Positions 1 to 10,522 of a stretch of DNA of 64,000 bases are shown here, one piece after another. Within the stretch, counting starts at the first letter, position 1. Each line of letters begins with the position of its first letter. Source of the DNA: an uncultured Alphaproteobacteria bacterium (GTDB lineage Bacteria; Pseudomonadota; Alphaproteobacteria; Rhizobiales; Xanthobacteraceae); contig CAVSYJ010000011.1 in NCBI GenBank assembly GCA_963732085.1, positions 95,411 to 159,410 on the forward strand, written 5' to 3'. The translations under genes and the position numbers were made by a program. The notes under the pieces are model-generated. The model saw only the letters and a program-made list of their open reading frames with translations. It was not told the origin of the DNA and searched no databases.

Positions 1-736
1 GATCGACAAGCTCCTGCATGGCGATCTCGGCGTCTCCCTGATCTCCAACGTGCCGGTGCTGAAGATGATCGGCCAGCGCATCGAGCCCTCGATCTCGATT
101 GCGCTGGCGACCATCATCCTCGCGGTCGTGGTCGCCGTTCCCCTTGGCGTGCTCGCGGCCTGGAAGCAAGGCACCTGGATCGACCGCTTCGTGATGGCGC
201 TGTCGGTGCTCGGCTTCTCGGTGCCGGTGTTCGTGATCGGCTATGTCCTGATCCAGATCTTCGCCATCGATCTGCGCTGGCTGCCGGTGCAGGGCTTCGG
301 AGCCTCTCGAGCGGCTTCGGGCCGTTCTTCGAGCGCCTCGTGCTGCCGACGCTCGCGCTGTCTTTCATCTATGTCGCGCTGATCGCGCGCATGACGCGCG
401 CCTCGATGCTGGACGTGCTCGGCGAGGATTATGTGCGCACCGCGCGCGCCAAGGGCATCGGCGAGATCGCCGTGCTGTTCCGCCACGCGCTGCGCAATGC
501 CGCGGTGCCCGTCATCACCGTGATCGGCACCGGCTTTGCGCTGCTGATTTCCGGCGTCGTCGTCACCGAAAGCGTGTTCAACATTCCCGGCATCGGCCGC
601 CTCACCGTCGATGCCGTGCTGGCGCGCGACTATCCCGTGATCCAGGCGATGATCCTGCTGACCTCGCTGCTCTATGTGACGATCAATCTCCTGATCGACG
701 TCGCCTACACCTTGCTCGATCCCGAATCCGGTATGA
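1..736 (+). CDS. Peptide/nickel ABC transporter permease (DppB/OppB-like), 5' truncated by window edge, frameshifted
   Basis: ORF 50..382 followed by the start of ORF 340..1638 gives a continuous permease: EAA-loop DYVRTARAKG, RHALRNA, RDYPVIQ. Frame break near 300; expected end DPRIRY* near 736. Confidence 0.88.
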
Positions 737-744
737 GGTCACTG

Positions 745-1638
745 ATGGCGATCGAGACCCTCCCCGAGCCGTCGATTGCGATCGCCGCGCCGCCGCGGCC
801 GCGGTTCGGATTCCTGACGGCGACGCCGATCATCGCGACCGCCACCTTCTGCCTCGTCGCGATCGTCGCTGATGTCGATCCTGGCGCCCTGGATCGCGCC
901 GCACGATCCGCTTGCAGCTTGCTGCCGGCGCAGCGGTTGAAGCCGGCCAGCGAGCAGTTCCTGCTCGGCACCGACGCCTACGGCCGCGACGTGCTGTCGC
1001 GCATCATCTATGGCGGGCGCATCTCGCTGCTGATCGGCTTCGGCGCGACGCTGGTCTCGATCAGCATCGGCCTCGTCATCGGCCTGTTCTCCGGCTTCTT
1101 CCGCTGGCTCGATGCGGTGTTGATGCGGATCATGGACGGCATCATGGCGATCCCGGCGATCCTGCTCGCCATCGCCGTGGTATCGCTGTCGGGCGCCAGC
1201 GTGATGACCGTGCTGATCGCGATCACCATTCCCGAAATTCCCCGCGTGGCGCGGCTGGTGCGCTCGGTCGTGCTGTCGGCGCGCGAGGAGCCCTATGTCG
1301 AGGCCGCGATCTCGGTCGGCTCGGCGCTGCCCAAGATCATGTGGCGGCATCTGTTGCCGAACACGGTCGCGCCGCTGATCGTGCAAGGCACGAACTTCTG
1401 CGCCTCCGCGATCCTCACCGAAGCGATCCTGTCCTTCCTCGGCGCCGGCATCAGCCCGGAGACGCCGACCTGGGGCAACATCATGGCCGAGGGCCGCGCC
1501 TACTTCCTGATCAAGCCGTCGCTGATCTTCTGGCCGGGCCTGTTGCTGTCGATCACGATCCTCAGCGTCAATTTGATCGGCGATGCCGCGCGCGACGCGC
1601 TCGATCCCCGCATGAAGCAGCGCGAGGCCGGCAAGTGA
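745..1638 (+). CDS. Peptide ABC transporter permease (DppC/OppC-like)
   Basis: ATG at 745; LGTDAYGRDVLSRIIYGGRISL, YVEAA, HLLPN, GDAARDALDPR. Short compensated frameshift around 870-915. Confidence 0.9.
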   Translation: MAIETLPEPSIAIAAPPRPRFGFLTATPIIATATFCLVAIVADVDPGALDRAARSACSLLPAQRLKPASEQFLLGTDAYGRDVLSRIIYGGRISLLIGFGATLVSISIGLVIGLFSGFFRWLDAVLMRIMDGIMAIPAILLAIAVVSLSGASVMTVLIAITIPEIPRVARLVRSVVLSAREEPYVEAAISVGSALPKIMWRHLLPNTVAPLIVQGTNFCASAILTEAILSFLGAGISPETPTWGNIMAEGRAYFLIKPSLIFWPGLLLSITILSVNLIGDAARDALDPRMKQREAGK

Positions 1639-3273
1639 CCGTCCTCGCCATCAACAATCTCGTCGTCAGCCTCGGCAAGAATCCCAACGGCCTGCGCATC
1701 ATCGACGGAATCTCTCTCGACGTCGCAGGAGCGCGAGACGCTGTGTCTGGTCGGCGAGAGCGGCTCGGGCAAATCCGTCACCGCGCTGACCGTGATGGGC
1801 CTGTTGCAGAAGAACGCGCTGATGCCGACCGGCGGCAGCATCAAACTCGTCGGCGAGGAACTGTTGACCGCGAGCGACCGCCGCCTGCGGCAATTGCGCG
1901 CCACCCGGATGGCGATGATCTTCCAGGAGCCGATGACCGCGCTCAATCCGGTGGTGCCGGTCGGCCGCCAGATCGACGAGGTGCTGTGCGCCCACACCGA
2001 TCTCGACGCGCGCGCCCGGCGCAAGCGCATCCTCGACATGATGGAGCAGGTGCGGCTGCCGCAGATCGAGCGCATCTTCGCGTCCTACCCGCATCGCCTG
2101 TCCGGCGGCCAGCGCCAGCGCATCATGATCGCGATGGCGCTGGTGCTGGAGCCGAAACTGCTGATCGCGGACGAGCCGACCACCGCGCTCGACGTCACCA
2201 CGCAGAAGCAGATCCTGACTCTGATCCGCGACCTGCAGCGCGATCACGGCACCGCCGTGCTGTTCATCACCCATGACATGGGCGTGGTCGCCGAGATCGC
2301 CGACCGCGTCGCCGTCATGCGCAACGGCCGGCTGGTCGAGACCGGGCCGCTCGACAGCCATCCTGCGCACGCCCACGATGGAATATACCCGCAACCTGCT
2401 CTCCTCGGTGCCGAGCCTGGTGCCGCGCGCGCCGCGCGCCGACACGCAGCGAGCCGGTCGTGCTGGAGACAACGAGCCTCGGCAAGATCTATCGCGAGCG
2501 CTCTTTCTTCGGCAAAGCCCGCGAGGTCGCGGCCGCCGACGACGTCACGCTCGACACTGCGCAAGGGCCGCACGCTCGGCATCGTCGGCGAAAGCGGCTC
2601 CGGCAAGTCGACAGTGGCGCGCTGCATCGTGCGGCTGATCGATCCGACCTCGGGCGGCATTCGCCTGGTCGGGACGCGAAATCTCGAACCTGTCGCGTGG
2701 CCTGCTGCAACCGCATCGCAAGCGCATCCAGATCGTGTTCCAGGACCCCTATCGCTCGCTCAATCCGCGCGTCACCATCGGCGAGAGCATCGCCGAGGGC
2801 CCGATCAATTACGGCGTCTCCGCGCAGCGCAGGCGTTCGCCAAAGCGCGCGAGCTCCTGGAACTGGTCGACCTGCCGCCGGACGCGATCTCGCGCTATCC
2901 GCATCAATTCTCCGGCGGCCAGCGCCAGCGCATCGCGATTGCCCGCGCGCTCGCGCTCGATCCCGATGTGCTGGTCGCGGATGAAGCGGTCTCGGCGCTC
3001 GACGTGTCCGTGCAGGCGCAGGTGCTGGAGCTGTTCGCCGAAATCCAGAAGCGGCTCGGCATCGCACTGTTGTTCATTACCCACGATTTGCGCGTTGCGG
3101 CGCAAATCTGCGACGACGTTGCCGTGATGCAGCATGGCCGCATCGTCGAACAGGGCCCGGCGGCGGAGGTGCTGACCCATCCGCAACAGGCCTACACCCG
3201 CACGCTGCTCGATGCGGCGCCCGGCCGCGGCTGGGATTTCGCGAATTTCCGGCCGGTTGCTGCGACGGCTTTA
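1635..3273 (+). CDS. Fused double ABC ATPase (DppD/DppF-like), several frameshifts
   Basis: GTG at 1635 overlaps the dppC stop. Two Walker A motifs (GESGSGKS), two signatures (LSGGQRQR, FSGGQRQR), DEPTTALD/DEAVSALD. Homology ends at GRGWDFANFRP near 3260; no in-frame stop there. Confidence 0.88.
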
Positions 3274-3274
3274 T

Positions 3275-3366
3275 CCTCGTCATTGCGAGCGAAGCGAAGC
3301 AATCCAGACTTTTGCCTGGGTGACCATCTGGATTGCTTCGTCGCTTCGCTCCTCGCAATGACGAGG
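3275..3366. repeat. CGTC-type palindromic repeat, family A
   Basis: cgtcattgcgagcgaagcgaagcaatcca...tggattgcttcgtcgcttcgctcctcgcaatgacg; similar copies at 10308, 26871 and 41622. Confidence 0.9.
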
Positions 3367-3457
3367 CGAGTCATGCAAATCCGGAATTGCTTCGCTGCTT
3401 GCGCTTGTCGCGGGCGCAGGGCTAACGTCGCGGACCTAGTTGGCCCGAGACCCCTGA

Positions 3458-4982
3458 ATGACCCGCATCGCCGTCGGCGGCTTCCTGCACGAGACCAACA
3501 CCTTCGCGCCGACGAAGGCGACCTACGATGCCTTTCTCCATGGCGGCAGCTGGCCGCGGATGACACTGGGCGCCGATATCCCGAAGATCATTCGCCGCAT
3601 CAATCTCGGGCTTGCCGGTTTCATCGAAGCGGCGGAGGAAAAAGGCTGGGAGCTCGTCCCGACCATCTTCGCCGCGGCGACGCCCATCGGCGCATGTCAC
3701 CGAGGATGCCTTCGAGCGCATTGCGAAAGTCATGATCGACGGCATCGCGGCCGCAGGCCCGATCGACGCCGTCTATCTCGATCTGCATGGCGCGATGGTA
3801 TCAGAGCATTTCGACGACGGCGAAGGCGAAGTTTTCGCGCGGGTGCGCCATGTCATCGGCAAAACCATGCCGCTGGTGGCCAGCCTCGACCTGCATGCCA
3901 ATGTTTCGCCCGAGATGGTTGAACATGCCGACGCGCTGATCGCCTACCGCAAGTATCCGCATGTCGACATGGCCGATACGGGACGAGCCTGCGCCGAGCA
4001 CCTCGCGCTGATGCTGGAGACGAAACAGCGCTTCGCAAAAGCGTTCCGGCAATTGCCGTTCCTGATCCCGATCAGCTGGCAATGCACCAATGACCAGCCT
4101 GCCAAGGGAATCTACGAAAAGCTCGCAGCAATGCAAAGCGACGCGGTGCCGACACTGTCCTTTGCGCCGGGTTTCCCTGCGGCCGATTTTCGGGATTGCG
4201 GCCCGAGTGTGTTCGCCTATGGACGGACACAGGCGGACGCCGATGCCGCGGCCGACAAGATCGCCGCGATCATCGAAAGCCATGAGAGCGATTTCGACGG
4301 CAAGATTTATTCGCCCGACGAGGGCGTGGTCTACGCGATGGGTCTGGCGAAAAGTGCAAAGAAGCCGATCGTGATCGCGGACACCCAGGACAATTCCGGC
4401 GCCGGCGGCGATTCCGACACCACGGGCATGCTGCGCGCGCTGGTGCGCAACAAGGCGCAGCGCGCGGCGATCGGCGTGCTATGCGACCCGGACTCTGCGA
4501 AGGCCGTGCATGCGGCAGGCGAAGGCGCCACGGTGACGCTCGCGCTCGGCGGCAAGTCCGGCATTCCCGGCGATGCGCCCTACAAGGAAACCTTCTTCGT
4601 CGAGAGACTGTCCGATGGAAACTTTTTGGCGCCGGGCCCGTTTTACGGTGGTCGTCTCATGAAGATGGGACCATCGGCATGCCTGCGCATCGGCGACGTC
4701 AGGGTCGTCGTCGCCTCGCACAAGGCGCAACTTGCCGATCAGGCGATGTATCGCTATGTCGGCATCGAGCCGACCGAGCAGGCAATTCTGGTCAACAAGA
4801 GCTCGGTGCACTTCCGTGCCGACTTCGAGCCGATCGCCGAGAAGCTGCTGATCTGCGCCGCACCCGGCGCAATGCCGGCCGACACCGCGGCTCTTCCATG
4901 GAAACACCTTCGCCCGGGAATCCGCATCAAGCCGAACGGCCCCGCATTCACGCCCGCAACGAAATCTCGTCAAACCGGATAG
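3458..4982 (+). CDS. M81 family metallopeptidase (MlrC-like), frameshift near 3688
   Basis: N-terminal RIAVGGFLHETNTF (ORF 3458) continues in ORF 3612..4982 with LDLHGAM, SLDLHAN, YPHVD, DTQDNSGAG, KSSVHFRADF. Confidence 0.9.
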
Positions 4983-4988
4983 GACAAC

Positions 4989-6161
4989 ATGCCCACCATC
5001 GACCGCATTGACGGCTTCGCCGACGAACTCACCGCGATCAGGCGCGACCTGCACGCCCATCCCGAGATCGGCTTCGAGGAGGTGCGCACCTCCGGCATCG
5101 TCGCCGACAAGCTCACACAATGGGGCATCGAGGTGCATCGCGGGATCGGCGGCACCGGCGTAATCGGCGTGCTCAAGGGCAAGGGCACCGGCGGTAAGCG
5201 CATCGGCTTGCGCGCCGACATGGACGCGCTGCCGATGGAAGAGAATACCAATCTGAAATGGCGCTCCACCGTCCCTGGCCGCTTCCATGGCTGCGGCCAT
5301 GACGGCCACACCACCATGCTGCTCGGCACCGCGCGCTATCTCGCCGAGACCCGCAATTTCGACGGCACCGTGCATTTCATCTTCCAGCCCGCCGAGGAAG
5401 GTCTTGGCGGCGCCCGCGCCATGATCAAGGACGGGCTGTTCCAGAAATTCCCCTGCGATGAGGTTTACGGGCTGCACAACGCTCCCGACATGAACCACGG
5501 CGAGATCGCGATCCTGCCGGGACCGGCGATGGCCGGCGCCGATTTCTTCGACATCAAGATCCACGGCTATGGCGCCCACGGTGCGATGCCGGAGCGCTCC
5601 AAGGACGCCGTGGTGATCGCGATGACATTGGGACAGGCGCTGCAGACCATCGTCAGCCGCAACGTCGATCCGCTGAAGGCGGCGGTGCTGTCGATCACCC
5701 AGATTCATTCCGGCTCGGCCTATAACGTCATTCCCGGTGAAGCCTGGCTCTGCGGCACCGTACGTGCGTTCTCGGATGAGGCGCGCGCGCTGATCCGCGA
5801 GCGCATGCGCACGATCTGCGCCGGCATCGCTTCCGCCTTCCAGGTCGAGATCGAAGCGGATATCCGCGATACCTTCAGCGTGCTGGTCAACAAGGAGGAG
5901 CAGTCGAAGGTGGTCGAGGAGGTCGCGCGTACCGTGGTCGATCCGGCCAAGGTTTTCACGCGCTCGACGCCGAAGATGGGCAGCGAGGATTTCGCCGACA
6001 TGATGAAGGACATCCCCGGCGCCTATTTCTGGATCGGCCATGACGGCTCGGTGCCCGTGCACAATCCCGGCTACGTGCTCGACGACAAGATTTTGCCGAT
6101 CGGCGCCAGCATGTTCGCGCGCATCATCGAAACCCGTATGCCGGCAGGTTCTCATGCATAA
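4989..6161 (+). CDS. M20 family amidohydrolase (hippurate hydrolase-like)
   Basis: RRDLHAHPEIGFEE, LRADMDALP, HGCGHDGH, FQPAEEG, GSEDF. Confidence 0.93.
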   Translation: MPTIDRIDGFADELTAIRRDLHAHPEIGFEEVRTSGIVADKLTQWGIEVHRGIGGTGVIGVLKGKGTGGKRIGLRADMDALPMEENTNLKWRSTVPGRFHGCGHDGHTTMLLGTARYLAETRNFDGTVHFIFQPAEEGLGGARAMIKDGLFQKFPCDEVYGLHNAPDMNHGEIAILPGPAMAGADFFDIKIHGYGAHGAMPERSKDAVVIAMTLGQALQTIVSRNVDPLKAAVLSITQIHSGSAYNVIPGEAWLCGTVRAFSDEARALIRERMRTICAGIASAFQVEIEADIRDTFSVLVNKEEQSKVVEEVARTVVDPAKVFTRSTPKMGSEDFADMMKDIPGAYFWIGHDGSVPVHNPGYVLDDKILPIGASMFARIIETRMPAGSHA

Positions 6162-7575
6162 GACGTCTTCCCAGGACGCGGTCACCTCGCTGCACGATCT
6201 CTCCGCGGTCGACCTGATCGCGGGCTACAAGGCCGGGCAGTTTTCGCCGTCGGAGGTGATGGAGGATTTGCTCGAGCATGTCGCGGCATGGGAGCCGCAC
6301 ATCAAGGCGCTGTACCTGTTCGATCCCGAAGGCGCGCGCAAGGCCGCCAAGGCCTCGACCGACCGCTGGCAGAAGGGCGAGCCGACCCACACACTCGACG
6401 GCGTGCCGGTCACCATCAAGGACAATGTCGCAACCAAGGGCCAGCCGATGCCGCTGGGTGCGGCCAGCGTGCCGCAAGTGCCGGCCGCGGCCGACGCGCC
6501 GCCGGTGGCGCGACTACGCGAAGCCGGCGCGATCGTCTTCTCCAAGACCACGATGCCGGACTACGGCATGCTGTCGTCGGGCCTGTCGAGTTTCCATCCC
6601 CTCACCCGCAATCCCTGGGACCTCAGCAAGAATCCCGGCGGCTCCTCGGCCGGTGCCGGCGCCGCGGGTGCGGCCGGGTACGGTCCGCTGCATCTCGGCA
6701 CTGACATCGGTGGCTCCGTGCGATTGCCGGCCTGCTGGTGCGGCCTCGTTGCGCTGAAGCCGAGCCTCGGGCGCGTGCCGATCGATCCGCCCTATGTCGG
6801 CCGGGTCGCGGGTCCGATGACGCGCACGGTCGACGACGCCGCGCTGATGATGAGCGTGATCTCGAAGCCCGACCGGCGCGACGGCATGAGCCTGCCGCCG
6901 CACGACATCAACTGGAAGTCGCTGGAGAAATCGCCGCGCAAGCTGCGGCTCGGCCTGATGCTCGATCTCGGCGTTGGACAAGCGCTGGAAAAGCCGGTGC
7001 GCGAGGTCGTGGTCAAGGCGGCCAAGGCGTTCGAGGCGGCGGGCGCCGTCGTCACCGAGGTCGACGGCGTGCTCACGCGCGAGATGCTCGACGGCCTCGA
7101 CAATTTCTGGCGCGCGCGGATGTGGGGCGATCTGTCAGCGCTGCCCGAGGCCGAGCGCCGCAAGACGCTGCCCTACATCTATCAATGGGCGGAGCGTGGC
7201 GCGAAGCTATCAGGCGCCGATGCGGTGCGCGGCTTCAACATGACCATGGCGATCCGCGCCGCCGCGGCGAAACTGTTCGGCGAACTCGACTACGTCATCT
7301 CGCCGGTGTCGCCGGTGGTCAAGTTCGACGCCGAGCTTGCCGCACCGCTCAACGATCCCGACAAGCCGTTCGAGCACATCTGCTACACCGTGACCTGGAA
7401 CATGGCGGAGAACCCGGCGGTGTCGATCAACGGCGGCTACGACGCCAAGGGCTTTCCGATCGGCGTGCAGATCGTCGGCCGCCGTTTCGACGATCTCGGC
7501 GTGCTCGCCATGGCCAAGGCGTTCGAGGGCCTGCGCGGTCCGCAGAAGCCGTGGCCGACACCGCCGAAGAAATAA
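6154..7575 (+). CDS. Amidase signature family protein
   Basis: LDGVPVTIKD (catalytic Lys), PGGSSAG, GTDIGGSVRLPA; ATG at 6154 overlaps the upstream stop. Confidence 0.93.
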   Translation: MHKTSSQDAVTSLHDLSAVDLIAGYKAGQFSPSEVMEDLLEHVAAWEPHIKALYLFDPEGARKAAKASTDRWQKGEPTHTLDGVPVTIKDNVATKGQPMPLGAASVPQVPAAADAPPVARLREAGAIVFSKTTMPDYGMLSSGLSSFHPLTRNPWDLSKNPGGSSAGAGAAGAAGYGPLHLGTDIGGSVRLPACWCGLVALKPSLGRVPIDPPYVGRVAGPMTRTVDDAALMMSVISKPDRRDGMSLPPHDINWKSLEKSPRKLRLGLMLDLGVGQALEKPVREVVVKAAKAFEAAGAVVTEVDGVLTREMLDGLDNFWRARMWGDLSALPEAERRKTLPYIYQWAERGAKLSGADAVRGFNMTMAIRAAAAKLFGELDYVISPVSPVVKFDAELAAPLNDPDKPFEHICYTVTWNMAENPAVSINGGYDAKGFPIGVQIVGRRFDDLGVLAMAKAFEGLRGPQKPWPTPPKK

Positions 7576-7583
7576 TTGCACAT

Positions 7584-7682
7584 CGTCATCCGGGCCGCGC
7601 GGCTTGTCCCGGCGCATCCACATCTTGAGCACATCCGCAAAAGGATGACGTGGCTGCGCCGGCTCACGGCCCGGGCATGACG
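7584..7682. repeat. CGTC-type palindromic repeat, family B, degenerate
   Basis: cgtcatccggg...cttgtcccggcgcatccac...gtggctgcgccgg...ccgggcatgacg; related to the copy at 33634-33762. Confidence 0.75.
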
Positions 7683-7707
7683 ACGGATAAATGTCAAGGA
7701 AACACCC

Positions 7708-8598
7708 ATGGCCTACGAGACCATCACTTACGAGGTGGCGGAGCAGATCCTCACCATCACGCTGAACCGGCCCGACAAGCTCAACGCCTTCACCGGCCAG
7801 ATGATGGCGGAGATGATCGATGCCTTCGACAAGGCAGATGCCGACGACAACGTGCGCGCCATCATCGTGACCGGTGCGGGCCGCGGCTTCTGCGCCGGCG
7901 CGGACCTGTCCTCCGGCGCCAACACTTTCGACCGCGACGCGCGGCGCGGGCCGGTCAAGCGTTCCGCCGACGGCAAGGTCGACTACAGCGACCCGCAGGT
8001 GCGCGACGGCGGCGGCCAATTGACTTTGCGTATCTTCAAGTGTCTGAAGCCTGTGATCGCCGCAGTGAACGGCCCCGCGGTCGGCATCGGCGTCACCATG
8101 CAGCTTGCGATGGATATCCGCATCGCCAGCGAAGCCGCGCGCTTCGGCTTCGTATTCTCCCAGCGCGGCATCGTGCCGGAAGCCGCCTCGAGCTGGTTCC
8201 TGCCGCGCCTCGTCGGCATCCAGCAGGCGCTGGAATGGTGTTACACCGGCCGCGTGTTTCCGGCACAGGAGGCGCTCGCCGGCCGGCTCGTCAGTAAAGT
8301 GGTGCCGCCGGACGAATTGCTGCCGACCGCGCGGGCGCTCGCGAAGGAGATTGCGGCCAAGACCGCGCCGGTGTCGGTCGCGCTGATCCGGCAGATGATG
8401 TGGCGCATGCTGGGCGCCGACGATCCGATGGAAGCCCACAAGGTCGACAGCCGCGGCATCTACGCGCGCGGCCGCTCCGACGACGTGAAAGAAGGCGTGG
8501 TGTCGTTTCTGGAGAAGCGCCCGGCGCAGTTCAAGGACAAGGTGTCGAGCGACATGCCGGATTATTTTCCGTGGTGGACGGAACGGGAGTATAAATAA
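7708..8598 (+). CDS. Enoyl-CoA hydratase/crotonase family protein
   Basis: LNRPDKLNA, FCAGADL, KPVIAAVNGPAVGIG, GIVPEAASSWFLPR. Confidence 0.92.
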   Translation: MAYETITYEVAEQILTITLNRPDKLNAFTGQMMAEMIDAFDKADADDNVRAIIVTGAGRGFCAGADLSSGANTFDRDARRGPVKRSADGKVDYSDPQVRDGGGQLTLRIFKCLKPVIAAVNGPAVGIGVTMQLAMDIRIASEAARFGFVFSQRGIVPEAASSWFLPRLVGIQQALEWCYTGRVFPAQEALAGRLVSKVVPPDELLPTARALAKEIAAKTAPVSVALIRQMMWRMLGADDPMEAHKVDSRGIYARGRSDDVKEGVVSFLEKRPAQFKDKVSSDMPDYFPWWTEREYK

Positions 8599-8605
8599 CG
8601 AGCTT

Positions 8606-8697
8606 GTAGGGTGGGCAAAGCGAAGCGTGCCCACCCTCACGCATCCAGTTTGTCGATAGATGGTGGGCACGGCGCTACGCGCCTTTGCCCACCCTAC
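8606..8697. repeat. GTAG-type REP-like doublet
   Basis: gtagggtgggcaaagcgaagcgtgcccacc...ggtgggcacggcgctacgcgcctttgcccaccctac between convergent genes; degenerate copy at 27551. Confidence 0.88.
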
Positions 8698-8702
8698 GGT
8701 TA

Positions 8703-9677
8703 CTAACCCATCATCAACGCCACGCGCCCGATCGCCTTGCGATCGATCAGCAACTGCATCGCCTTTGCGTAGTCCTCCAGCGGCAGGCGATGCGAGACGT
8801 TGGGCCGGATTTTCTCCTCCTCCGCCCATGCGAGCAGCTGCTTCAGCCTGACTTCGCCGAGTGCGGGATTCCTGCGCACGGCCTCGCCAGCGCGCACGCC
8901 GAGGACGCTCGCGCCCTTGATCAGCAGCAAGTTGGTGCGCGCCAGGCCAATGCCGCCGGTGAAGCCGATCACCAGCAGCCGCGCGCCCCAGGCGATGCAG
9001 CGCACGCTGTCCTCGAAAATCTGTCCGCCGACGGGATCGTAGACCACGTCGGCGCCGCGGCCGTCGGTGATGCGCTTGACCGCGTCGCGAAACGGCTCGC
9101 GCGAATACAGCACGAGGTGATCGGCGCCCCGAGCCCTCGCGACTTCGAGCTTCTCCTCGGATGACGCCGCCGCGATCACGGTGGCGCCGAGGAGCTTGCC
9201 GATCTCGACTGCGGCAAGGCCGACGCCGCCGCCCGCGCCATGCACGAGCAGCACTTCGCGCGGCTGCAATTGCCCGCGATCGATCAGGCCGTGATAGGCC
9301 GTGCCGTGTGCGGCGAGAAAGGTCGCGCCTTCCGCATAATCGAAAGTCGACGGCAACGGCGTCAGCTGCGACGGCGCGACCACGACCTCGTCGGCATAGC
9401 CGCCATGGCGCAGCTTGACGATCACGCGGTCACCGACCGCGACGCCTTGGGCGCCATTGACCTCGACGACATCGCCTGCCGATTCCATGCCGGGCGTGAA
9501 CGGCAGCTCCGGCTTGAGCTGGTACTCCCCGGCCGCCATCAGAATGTCCGGAAAATTGATTCCGGCCGCGCGGATCGCGACGCGCACCTGCCCCGACGCC
9601 AGCGGCTTCGACGCGAACGTTTCCAGCCGCAACCGGCTCGGTTGGCCGAGTTCCCTGCAAACAACCGCTTTCGGCAT
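8703..9677 (-). CDS. NADPH:quinone oxidoreductase family (zeta-crystallin-like MDR)
   Basis: GINFPD, PFTPGME, VLLVHGAGGGVGLAAVEIGK, GADVVYDPVGG. Confidence 0.92.
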   Translation of the reverse strand: MPKAVVCRELGQPSRLRLETFASKPLASGQVRVAIRAAGINFPDILMAAGEYQLKPELPFTPGMESAGDVVEVNGAQGVAVGDRVIVKLRHGGYADEVVVAPSQLTPLPSTFDYAEGATFLAAHGTAYHGLIDRGQLQPREVLLVHGAGGGVGLAAVEIGKLLGATVIAAASSEEKLEVARARGADHLVLYSREPFRDAVKRITDGRGADVVYDPVGGQIFEDSVRCIAWGARLLVIGFTGGIGLARTNLLLIKGASVLGVRAGEAVRRNPALGEVRLKQLLAWAEEEKIRPNVSHRLPLEDYAKAMQLLIDRKAIGRVALMMG

Positions 9678-10285
9678 TATGCCGCGCGCTCCTTGCGGCG
9701 CGCCAAGGCTTCGCGCACCAGCGGCAGGCGGTCATTGCCGAAATACATGTCGGTCTTGTCGATGAAGATGGTCGGCGAACCGAACCCGCCGCGCGCCATC
9801 ACTTCATCCGTGTTTGCCTTGAGCTGGTCCTTGATCGATTGCTGCGCGATCCCGGCGAAAAGTTTTGGCGCATCGACGCCGGCGCGTTTGCACACCTCTG
9901 CGAGCACCGTGTCCTGCGAGATGTCCTGGTCCTCGCCCCAGTAGATCTCGAATACCGCGCGCGCAAAGGGCAACATCTCCTTGCCGAGGAAGATGCAGCC
10001 GCGCATCGCCTTCACGCTGTTCACCGGGAACACCGTCGGCCGCATCTTGATGGCGAGCCCGGCCGAGCGCGCCCAGTCCGCCATGTCCTTTTTCTGGTAG
10101 GCGACCTTGGCCGGCACCGGATGTTCCCGGCCAGCGTAGACGCTCGGATTGATGGTGTTGAAGATGCCGCCGACCAGGATCGGCCGCCACACGATCTCCG
10201 CGCCGAACTCCTTCGCCATCGGCTGGATGTTGTGGAAGGCGAGATAGGTCCAGGGGCTGGAGCAGTCGAAGAAGAACTCGATCAT
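9677..10285 (-). CDS. 2-hydroxychromene-2-carboxylate isomerase / kappa-GST (DsbA-like) family
   Basis: IEFFFDCSSPWTYL, GGFGSPT, YFGNDRL. Confidence 0.9.
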   Translation of the reverse strand: MIEFFFDCSSPWTYLAFHNIQPMAKEFGAEIVWRPILVGGIFNTINPSVYAGREHPVPAKVAYQKKDMADWARSAGLAIKMRPTVFPVNSVKAMRGCIFLGKEMLPFARAVFEIYWGEDQDISQDTVLAEVCKRAGVDAPKLFAGIAQQSIKDQLKANTDEVMARGGFGSPTIFIDKTDMYFGNDRLPLVREALARRKERAA

Positions 10286-10307
10286 GGCGAGCGTTTCCTT
10301 GTGTTTC

Positions 10308-10394
10308 TCGTCATTGCGAGCGAAGCGAAGCAATCCATCTATCCGCGAAAAGAAAGAATGGATTGCTTCGTCGCTTCGCTCCTCGCAATGACGA
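10308..10394. repeat. CGTC-type palindromic repeat, family A
   Basis: Arms near-identical to 3275-3366 with a different central spacer. Confidence 0.9.
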
Positions 10395-10522
10395 ATCGGC
10401 TAACAGCCGGTTCGTGCCTCGTTATTCCCGGCCGGACAGACTTTTGTTGTCCTGTACCTCCAGCATAAGACATGGCAGACAGGCGCTCAATCAGAACATC
10501 CAGCGTCCCGGGAGGCCCTTCC

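Noticed and set aside
340-1638. Apparent DppB-DppC fusion ORF of 432 aa
   Set aside because: An indel near 724 removes the expected DPRIRY* end; dppC has its own ATG at 745.
3458-4982. Microcystin degradation (mlr) cluster
   Set aside because: Only an MlrC-family homolog is present; no mlrA- or mlrB-like gene, and M81 peptidases are widespread.
4479-6185. Long antisense ORFs (also 18081..19637, 28774..30045, 36714..38303, 52841..54580)
   Set aside because: Shadow frames of real high-GC genes, with no recognisable motifs.
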